From the NCBI RefSeq assembly GCF_000009705.1, contig NC_003272.1:2040001-2072000 (forward strand): a stretch of DNA of 32,000 nucleotides, read 5' to 3'. Positions 15,998 to 24,300 of this stretch are shown here, piece by piece. Source of the DNA: Nostoc sp. PCC 7120 = FACHB-418 (GTDB lineage Bacteria; Cyanobacteriota; Cyanobacteriia; Cyanobacteriales; Nostocaceae). Below the pieces are notes generated by a model. The model had not been told where the DNA came from. It ran no database searches and saw only the letters and a program-made list of their open reading frames with translations. Numbering within the stretch: the first letter of the stretch is position 1; the number at the start of each line of letters is the position of its first letter. Both the position numbers and the translations under genes were made by a program.

Positions 15998-18568
15998 TTG
16001 ACAGCAATGCAAAATGAAAAACCGTCGAATAAACAACGGTTGCAACAGAAGACGAAATTACGATTTGGGATATTCGTTGTTTTATTACTACTGAGTGCGA
16101 TCGCTGTCTTGCTGTTTTACCCGCGAACGTCTACGGTGGAACATACGCCATCAAGCAATTACGCCATTCACAAACAGCAAGACTTCAATCAATCACAGTT
16201 TTATCCACCAAATCAAACTGTCAACCCTGACCTTTATCAACCTGTGGACAAATGGGCAGGTAGATTAGTATTGCCAAATCAGCAGCAAATACAGCCGGGA
16301 TCAGATTGGGTATGGATGGAAGTCCAACACGCGCCGCCAGAAGCACAAAATTTAATCGGTAAAGTTGTGCGTTTGGAATGGCAAAACGAGCCAGAGTCAC
16401 AGTCTTATGTGCAAGCTGTGCAGCAAGATATAAGTTTTACTGATGAAACAAGAGAAAGCCAAGCCAAGGGAATTATTCACCCATTTCGCTTGAATGGTCG
16501 TCTGCAAGTAGGGCCGTTGCAATCCCTGGCTGGTGCTAGACCAAATGATGATGTGATCGTCACCTTAGACGATGGTGAGTTGGTGAAAGAAAGTGATAAT
16601 CAGCCACGTCTGCAAATTGCCCACGAACCTGTAATGGCTACCGGCAGGTTTTATGGTTTAGTAAAAATCCTCAATCCAGAACCAGCTAGTAGTCAATATC
16701 CTGCACCGCCAGTTTGTTTAGGGACTTCCCCCTGTCCCAGTGATTTTTTTCGCGTGCGTCATTACAATCGAGTCTCCGGTAATTTCGATGGTATAGAGGA
16801 AACGGTGCGGATTCCTCAACAAGTAATTGATACGCGCAATATCCCACCCTCTACACCTAGAGAAATCGAAAAATCCCCCGCCGGACAAGCGGGTTGGTAT
16901 ATTTATGGCGCAAAGAATACTCAAGGAATATTTGTTGTTCAGGGGATAGTACCGCGATCGCTCTTAAAAATCCAGCCACAACACGTAGTTTTAGGACAAC
17001 AACCAGGGTTAACCTACATAAAAAACCAGAATTGGCAGATTGCACCCCAAGATAAAGGTACAATCCGGACTGTTTTACTTGATCCCACCACCCGCCAATC
17101 CCAATTAACCGCATCTAATTGGCAAGAAGGCGATCGCGCCATAGTCCTGCATAACTTTGGTGGTATTGGTGGTAAAAAAAGTGAAGGTAGCACAGCATAT
17201 ACAATCACCGGACACTTCGCTTTTGGACTAGCCCAAGTAGTTCGTGATCCCATCACCAAAGAATTACAATTTGCCATTGAGTATCAACAAATTTACGCCA
17301 ATAACTCAGATGGGATCATTGCTGGGAGACATTCTTGGGCAGATTACATGGGGAACTTACAATGGGGATGGGCCGCTACAAGACCCATCTCTGATGTCTT
17401 AATTAAGTTTGCACCAGTTACCCAAGACTACAATTTTGACGGGATCAAGCTTTCTCCCCTGACAGGATTTCAGCGACAATTGCAGATTATGATGGCGCGC
17501 TATCGCACAGGTGATGGTACTGGTAGCGCCACGGTTACCCCGGCGACTTCTTGCGTTCAAGATGCGAATCAAGCACTCTATATCGCCATCCAAGTAATTA
17601 CTCAGCAAGTAGCCTCAAACCCAGCCATTCAGCAGTGGTTGAGTAATCATCCCGATGATCCCCAAACTGAACGCTTTGGGCAACTAGTGAGATTGAGTTC
17701 AGACTTGCAACGCCAATTAACTCCCTTGGGGATCGTCCGTGCAGACTGGAAAAGTCACGCAGATTATCTTACGGGTATTGGGGATGGGACAAAACCTTTT
17801 CGCGATGGCGTTCCGCCCAGCGTAGCTGATCGCTCTCCTTGGGCCGCCTTGACAAGTTGGCGGACGATGCTTCCCAGACAAGCACACGATGAAATAGCCG
17901 CCTTATTTTTCAGACATGGTGCCAAACTTTGGTTTCTACGCACCAATCAAATCGGCGGCGAAAACCCCGATATTGCCCCCGTAGCACCGACGTTGGGTTT
18001 AGGAGAAATCACCATACCTTTTACCAACATTGCACCTATACCCATTTTGTTAAACCGCCTACTGGCATCTTTAGTAATGCCAGAAATACGAGATTGGCTA
18101 GTTGTGGGGATCACCGTCTTAATATATAGTGCGATCGCCTTACCTTTAGGCTGGCGTTCTGGCTTTTTGTCGTGGGGTTTTACCTCTGCCAATCCCCTCC
18201 ACCAACTGGGGATCATCTTACGTGCAATCATCACACCTGCGATCGCCGAGGAATTAGTCTTCCGCGTATTACTCCTTCCTCATCCTCTAGAAGTAATTAA
18301 CTGGTATGGATGGACATTATGGGCAGGATTTATTTTACTCTTGTTTATCCTCTATCATCCCCTAAACGCCAAAACCCTATATCAGAGGGGGTTTCCGACC
18401 TTTTTTCACCCAATATTCCTAACCTTAACCGGACTTTTAGGATTGTGCTGTACAATAGCCTATGCTTTGACAAGTTCCCTATGGGCGATCGTCTTCATCC
18501 ACTGGATTGTAGTACTAGTATGGCTGCTAGCCTTGGGAGGCAGAGAAAAGTTGTTAATTAGTCAATAG
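15998..18568 (+). CDS. Fusion protein: N-terminal TM anchor, a ~600-aa uncharacterised extracytoplasmic domain, and a C-terminal CPBP (CAAX protease/Abi) intramembrane protease domain. The start is TTG 15998 or ATG 16007.
   Basis: 856 aa. TM helix FGIFVVLLLLSAIAVLLFY. The C-terminal region has CPBP motif 1 EELVFR and motif 2 FILYH, with several TM helices. Five HIP1 sites lie inside. Confidence 0.8.
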   Translation: MTAMQNEKPSNKQRLQQKTKLRFGIFVVLLLLSAIAVLLFYPRTSTVEHTPSSNYAIHKQQDFNQSQFYPPNQTVNPDLYQPVDKWAGRLVLPNQQQIQPGSDWVWMEVQHAPPEAQNLIGKVVRLEWQNEPESQSYVQAVQQDISFTDETRESQAKGIIHPFRLNGRLQVGPLQSLAGARPNDDVIVTLDDGELVKESDNQPRLQIAHEPVMATGRFYGLVKILNPEPASSQYPAPPVCLGTSPCPSDFFRVRHYNRVSGNFDGIEETVRIPQQVIDTRNIPPSTPREIEKSPAGQAGWYIYGAKNTQGIFVVQGIVPRSLLKIQPQHVVLGQQPGLTYIKNQNWQIAPQDKGTIRTVLLDPTTRQSQLTASNWQEGDRAIVLHNFGGIGGKKSEGSTAYTITGHFAFGLAQVVRDPITKELQFAIEYQQIYANNSDGIIAGRHSWADYMGNLQWGWAATRPISDVLIKFAPVTQDYNFDGIKLSPLTGFQRQLQIMMARYRTGDGTGSATVTPATSCVQDANQALYIAIQVITQQVASNPAIQQWLSNHPDDPQTERFGQLVRLSSDLQRQLTPLGIVRADWKSHADYLTGIGDGTKPFRDGVPPSVADRSPWAALTSWRTMLPRQAHDEIAALFFRHGAKLWFLRTNQIGGENPDIAPVAPTLGLGEITIPFTNIAPIPILLNRLLASLVMPEIRDWLVVGITVLIYSAIALPLGWRSGFLSWGFTSANPLHQLGIILRAIITPAIAEELVFRVLLLPHPLEVINWYGWTLWAGFILLLFILYHPLNAKTLYQRGFPTFFHPIFLTLTGLLGLCCTIAYALTSSLWAIVFIHWIVVLVWLLALGGREKLLISQ

Positions 18569-18588
18569 TCAGTGATCAGTGGCCAGTA
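18561..18588. repeat. STRR-like tandem heptamers (GTCAATA GTCAGTG ATCAGTG GCCAGTA)
   Basis: Read directly. The TAG stop of the CPBP gene (18566-18568) lies across the first and second units. Confidence 0.45.
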
Positions 18589-19271
18589 AAAGAGATGTTG
18601 TACACAAAGTCTGCTCCCCACGCCCCTTTCCCCTAAGACATATTTTGTCCCTTTTAATTTTCAAATTTTCTTGTGTTTGTTTGTTAGTTTTACTGTAAAA
18701 AAGGGTATTTTCTGGTATGGAGGATGTCAGTTTATTCAGGTTTTGATAAAACATGGACACAAGTACATTAGCTTATGCTTATCAGAGGATCACTGGGAAC
18801 TTATTAAATAATATTCAGGTCAGTTTATGTAACCTATAAGACATTTTATTTGATACCTCATACTCTAAAATCAAGTATCCGTAGAGTTTAGCCTTAGGAA
18901 ATATAGCTATAGCATCAGCAAATAGTATTTTTGCTGGTAAAGGTACATCTTAGGGTACTGTGTAGTTTCAGAACTGGAGATTTAAATTTAAGATATGGGA
19001 TTGCTATCTGGAATATTAGCAATCAATAAGTTAAAGAAATCCCACTTTTATATTTTCTTTGTTATTTTGTATTTAACGGGACAGTTCTTACTTATCTAGT
19101 TAAGTTTAAATAACAATCAGTCCCCCTTATTTACCTACAAAATCCCTGAAAACTAGCTGTTTAACGCTTTAATTGTCAATCCTCACAAATTCCTCATAAT
19201 TTCAGGTTAAACATTGTATGGTAAGTTGCGAAATGGCAAATAGTTGATTCTCTCAAAGGAGATTAAATATT

Positions 19272-19619
19272 ATGACTGTGCTGAAAACAAAAGAGCAACA
19301 TATTTTTCTGTCTGCTGTTATTCATCCTATTGGTAATCAGCCAAAAAATACTCAATCTAAAATTGATCCATTACAACCTTTACGTCAGTGGATTGATGCA
19401 CTAGAAATACAAAATCGTAAGCTAGCTCACTTTATTGCAAAATTGATTCCTGCTCAGTGTCCTTTTGAGCGTGACATCGTGGTATTTGGTCGGATTATTG
19501 CCCATATTCCCCCCATGTGTAAGCTCAATCCCCTGTATGATCAATTTGTTGGTTTACGTTTTCGCGCTTTGTGTTATTTAGTAGATAAGTGTGGAGAAGA
19601 TATCCAGTCTTACTGCTAA
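19272..19619 (+). CDS. Mo-dependent nitrogenase C-terminal domain family protein (small cyanobacterial protein of unknown function)
   Basis: 115 aa. The motif block LRQWIDALEI...LIPAQCPFERDIVVFGRIIAHIPPMCKLNPLYDQFVGLRFRALCYL matches my memory of that family. AAGGAG lies 8 nt upstream of the ATG. Confidence 0.6.
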   Translation: MTVLKTKEQHIFLSAVIHPIGNQPKNTQSKIDPLQPLRQWIDALEIQNRKLAHFIAKLIPAQCPFERDIVVFGRIIAHIPPMCKLNPLYDQFVGLRFRALCYLVDKCGEDIQSYC

Positions 19620-19641
19620 TTGTGAATCGAGAATAAACTAC

Positions 19642-19914
19642 ATGGAAATCAAAATTGAGCATCAACCTAGTCCAGAAATACTCCAGAAGTTGGGTGTTTT
19701 CCAATGGGGACTTTGGCAAAAAGAGGTCTCAAAATTTCCTTGGACTTATGATACTCAAGAAACTTGTTACTTTTTAGAAGGTGATGTCATTGTTACGCCT
19801 GACGGTGGACAACCAGTACAAATGGGTAAAGGCGATTTAGTAACCTTTCCGGTTGGAATGTCCTGTATATGGGAAATTAAAAGCGGCGTGAAAAAACATT
19901 ATTCCTTTGATTAG
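19642..19914 (+). CDS. DUF861/cupin_3 family small cupin protein
   Basis: The start is taken at MEIKIEH (ATG 19642), because the longer ORF (19591) overlaps the preceding gene. The sequence WGLWQKEVSKFPWTYDTQETCYFLEGDVIVTPDGG...GDLVTFPVGMSCIWEI...VKKHY is typical of this cupin family. Confidence 0.8.
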   Translation: MEIKIEHQPSPEILQKLGVFQWGLWQKEVSKFPWTYDTQETCYFLEGDVIVTPDGGQPVQMGKGDLVTFPVGMSCIWEIKSGVKKHYSFD

Positions 19915-20243
19915 CCAAGAGTAAAGCATTAAAGTTGGTTCCCTTCTATTCTCATCTCCTCTCATCTGAAGAATTTTTGGATTTCATCAATCAATTCAGA
20001 GATTATATGGAGTTGCAGCGAGTGTTATAAGCTAGAATGACAGACTTGGTAATTTGCTTATATCCGTGTTTCTCAGAACTCGTAGCGACTCCATACCCTA
20101 AACAATCTTTTCAAAAATAAATAGTTTCATTTTCCCTTTTTCAAGTTTTCTTGTGTACACAGTTCATGATGGCTACTGATAAGATTCTTATCTAATTACT
20201 GAATTATATGTATTAGGGTGGGTATTTCCCGAAAAATTTGGAT

Positions 20244-20326
20244 ATGGTGGGCATTGTCCATCCTAGACTTAGGCATTATTTTTGAATTTTGTAGCGCTGG
20301 CGCTTCCCGCAGGGTATTTTGAATTG
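20244..20326. repeat. Composite dispersed repeat: a GGTGGGCATTGTCCATCC unit (20244-20266) plus a copy of the ATTTTGAATTTTGTAGC...TCCCGCAGGGTATTTTGAATTG module (20277-20326)
   Basis: The second module aligns by eye at roughly 44 of 50 positions with 5161-5208 inside the MITE-like element. The first module resembles the reverse complement of 13964-13988. Confidence 0.55.
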
Positions 20327-20379
20327 TTAATGTCGCTAGAATTAGGAGACAAAACTATAGTTTTGAGTCCTCTGGCAAA

Positions 20380-21342
20380 ATGTTATTACAGGAATCGCTG
20401 AAATCTCAAACTAAAGATGATTCTCGTCATCTATCTGATGAATACTCTTTGATTAGAGCAGTACATACTGCTGTTAAGGGTAGAGCAAGATTTAAGGTGA
20501 AGGGGTTGCATGGTTCCCAAGATCTGAAAAGATATATTGAATTACGCTTATTAAACATAGATATCATTACCCAAGTGAGTGCTAATCATTTAACGGGTAA
20601 TGTGTTGGTGGTTTTTCGCCCTAATTTTAGCCTAAAAGCTATTGCCTCTCTCCTACAAGATATTGTTTTGGACTATAGAAGAGTCTCTGTTAATCTCAGC
20701 CGAATTGCAGAGCCAGACATACAGATCATCATACCGCCACAATTAGACAAGCTCAACACTCAAGTTATTCTCGCAGCAGCCACAGCTACTACCTTTGCCT
20801 TTAGCGCCGGACTGCTATTTAAATATGGTCTAGATGAAAGTATTTTACTAGGGCTTCAAAGGCTGCACAATCCCCTGCTTGATCAGATGATGCAGTCCAT
20901 CACGTTTTTGGGTGAACCACTACCTTTTTTATTAATTTCTTCAGGGTTAGGTTCTTATCTCTGGCGTTACAATCGCCATCGAGAAGCAACAGGCTTGGGT
21001 ATAGCTACAGTAGGTGCAATAGGTCTAAATTTCCTGTTAAAAGAGCTTTTTGGTAGAGCGCGTCCAGCATTGTGGGATTATCTAGTGAATGCAGTCCACT
21101 ATAGTTTTCCTAGTGGTCATGCAATGGTTTCTACCGCAGTTTATGGTTACATCGGCTATGTTTTAGCCAAAGAATTTCCCCAATGGCGCAGACCGATTTT
21201 AGCCGCAACTATGGCTTTAATTTTGTCCATAGGTTTTAGTCGCCTTTATCTAGGGGTACATTGGCCTACTGACGTTTTAGCTGGCTATGCAGCAGGTTTA
21301 TTGTGGTTAATTGCCTGTATTGTTTACGTAGAAAAGTGCTGA
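20380..21342 (+). CDS. PAP2-superfamily phosphatase (membrane lipid phosphatase) with an N-terminal soluble HMA-like domain
   Basis: 320 aa. PAP2 motifs KELFGRARP, FPSGHAM and SRLYLGVHWPTDV are present. The N-terminal ~90 aa (VHTAVKGRARFKVKGLHGSQDLKRYIELRL...VSANHLTGNVLVVF) resembles the domain found N-terminal to some cyanobacterial P-type ATPases. Confidence 0.85.
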   Translation: MLLQESLKSQTKDDSRHLSDEYSLIRAVHTAVKGRARFKVKGLHGSQDLKRYIELRLLNIDIITQVSANHLTGNVLVVFRPNFSLKAIASLLQDIVLDYRRVSVNLSRIAEPDIQIIIPPQLDKLNTQVILAAATATTFAFSAGLLFKYGLDESILLGLQRLHNPLLDQMMQSITFLGEPLPFLLISSGLGSYLWRYNRHREATGLGIATVGAIGLNFLLKELFGRARPALWDYLVNAVHYSFPSGHAMVSTAVYGYIGYVLAKEFPQWRRPILAATMALILSIGFSRLYLGVHWPTDVLAGYAAGLLWLIACIVYVEKC

Positions 21343-21372
21343 ATTAGGATTTTTGTCAGCTTCCCCACACCC

Positions 21373-24300
21373 CTACACCCCCCTAACCCTTCCCGCCAAG
21401 GAAGCAACTAAAGACACCAACTGATATGGTTCGATGGGTTTAGCGATGTGAGTTTGAAAACCTGCTGCTAAAGCCTGTGTGTATTCTGAATCACCGGCGT
21501 AGGCTGTCAGTGCGGCGGCGGGAATTTGTCCACCTTCTTCAGCACTCAGCGCCCTCACCTGACGCATTAATAAATAACCATCTTCCTCTGGTAGACCGAT
21601 GTCAGATAGGAGTATGTCGTAACAGCCGGGATTTTCTCTGAGTTTTGATAAAGCCTCCCTTGCAGAAGCTACTTCTGTGACTTTAACCCCGTATTCTTCA
21701 AGTACTAATTTGAATAGTAGGCGGATATCTGGTTCATCATCTACTATCAGCACCCGCACACCTTCTAGGGAAGGTAGATTATCTGTGGGTATTTCTGGCA
21801 CATTGGTTAAGGTGACTGGCTCTTGAACCGTCGCCACAGGATTTTCTTTTCGGTTAGCTTGCACAGGTAGCTTGATTGTAAAGGTTGACCCTTGACCCTC
21901 ACCTTGGCTTTCTACCTCCACTGTACCACCGTGGAGTTCTACCAAGTGGCGCACAATAGAAAGTCCTAATCCCAAGCCTTGATTTGAGCGTGTTCTGGTG
22001 CCATCAGCTTGGCGGAAGCGTTCAAAAACGTAGGGGAGAAAGTCAGCTTTGATACCAGCACCCGTGTCTTTAACTTGAATTTGCGCTTGGAAATAAGTGT
22101 ACTCTAGTGTGACATCAATTCTGCCTTTGGTTGGGGTGAATTTGATGGCGTTAGATAGTAAGTTCCATATGACCTGTTGTAAGCGAATTGGATCGCCTAG
22201 CATTGGTGTGTGTGTGGGATCTAACTTAGTTTCAATTTGAATATTTTTGGCTTCGGCTGCTAGACGAACCACAGCGATCGCTGCTTCAATTACAGGAATC
22301 AGCTCAACTTCTTGAGCATCCATCCTCAGCCTACCTGAGCTAATGCGGGAAACGTCTAACAAATCGCTGATGAGATGGTTTTGAGCCTGGGCGCTGCGCT
22401 CGATGGCTTCTAGACCCTGGTTAACTGTAACTTCTTCTAGTTGGTGCGTTCGTAGCAAATTAGCCCAACCGAGCATGGAATTGAGCGGGTTCCGCAGTTC
22501 GTGGGAGAGAATTGATAAAAACTCATCTTTGGCATGATTGGCTGCTTCAGCCGCATTCCGGGCTGATTGTTCTTGAGCCAAAAGATGGGTGCGTTCTGCC
22601 TCTAGCTGCTTCTGCTGGGTGATATCTTCAATTACCAGGAGAATCATTCGCCTATTGTCTAATAGCGTCATTTTCCGGGCATTGAGCCGCATGATTTTCT
22701 GCCCGATTCGCTCGAAGTTATGCTCAACTTCTAGGTTTTGAAATTGGGTTTGTTGGGGGAGAACGTCTTCTAAGAGCGATCGCAACTGAGGAATATTCCA
22801 CTGTCCATCCCCAATTTCATAGATGAGGTGGTGTTCTGTTTCTTCTGGTGTTACCTGGAATTTTTCGTAGAAAAACTGATTGGCGGTAATCACCTGTAAA
22901 TCTATATCCAGAATTACTAAAGATTCCCGGATGGTTGCCACAATCGCTTCCGCGTAATCTTTAGATGCTCTGAGTTCTTCGGTGCTGCGTTTCAGGGCAT
23001 CAATATCAACTAACACGACTACAGCACCGTCAATTTTATGGTCTATTGTCCGATAAGGTCTGATTCGCAGGTCATACCAATGCCCATCATTGTCTTGGAC
23101 TTCCTGGGTTTTCAGGTTGAGTGTACCTACTACCTCTAGAATTTGTGCCTCTAAGTCAGGAATAGTCAATTTGTGGTTAATATCACTCAGTGGTCTGCCT
23201 ATATCTGTAACAATCAGGTTAAAGATTCTCCCTGCGGTGGGAGTAAAGCGCCGAATCCGCATATCTCCTCCCAGCATCAGGATGGGAATATTGATACTAC
23301 TAAGTAGATTCTGTAAATCGTTGCTGACCTGATTTGATTCGACATTTCGCCGTTGTAGTTCTTCGTTAATTGTGTTTAATTCTTCATTGGTGGCCTGAAT
23401 TTCTTCTTTAGCAGTTTCCAGTTCCTCATTGGTACTTTGCAGCTCTTCGTTGCTGGAAAGAATTTCCTCGTTGGCTGCTCTCAGGTCTTGATTGGTGGCT
23501 TGCTGTTCTTCAATAATTGATTGCAGATACTCTTTTGTAGTTGCTAGTTCCTGTCCGAGGCGGTTAATTTCCTGCTCATCATTCATTTGTTGGCGCTGTC
23601 TAGAGCTAACGTTGGGATTTTTGCTCGCTGCTTGTGGTGCCGCAGTCACTGATGGCGGCATATCCTCAAACAGAACTAAAAAGTAGCGTTCTCCCCCAGC
23701 AGTTAGTTGGAAAGGAATGGCATCAATCCTCACTTGCCTAACTTGTTCACCTTCCCTGAGTTCTATGCCTTCTTTCCTCACCGACATTTCCTGTTTTTTC
23801 GCTTGGTGAATGGCGGTACGTAGTTCTAGCCGCAATTCTTCTTTTGCCATCTTCAGCAAATTAAAGCTTGGTCTACCAGGTGCAGGTTGCAGATATGAAC
23901 TAGTTTGTCCCCGAAACTGCAAAATCTCCAAATCGTCGTTAACAATAACACCAACGGGAGCATATTGATTTAATACAATCCGGTCAGCTTCTTTTTGCAT
24001 TTCCTGATTATTCAAAACATCCTCGTTGATTTTTGGCTGGGGGTTAAATGCTTCCAAAGGATAGTTTTGTGAAATAAAATCTATACCCAGCCGCGCCGGA
24101 GCTATTTTTCGGGAATAAATCTTGTTCTTTCTGTCTACCAAGTTAAACAAATCAAAAAATTCACCCACTGTTTCCGATGTGCCTAACATCAAAAAGCCAG
24201 TTGATTTGAGACCATAGTGGAATATTGGCAGGAGCTTCTTCTGCACAGTAGCTCCCAAATAAATTAAGACATTGCGACAGGTAATTAAATCCAGCCGAGA

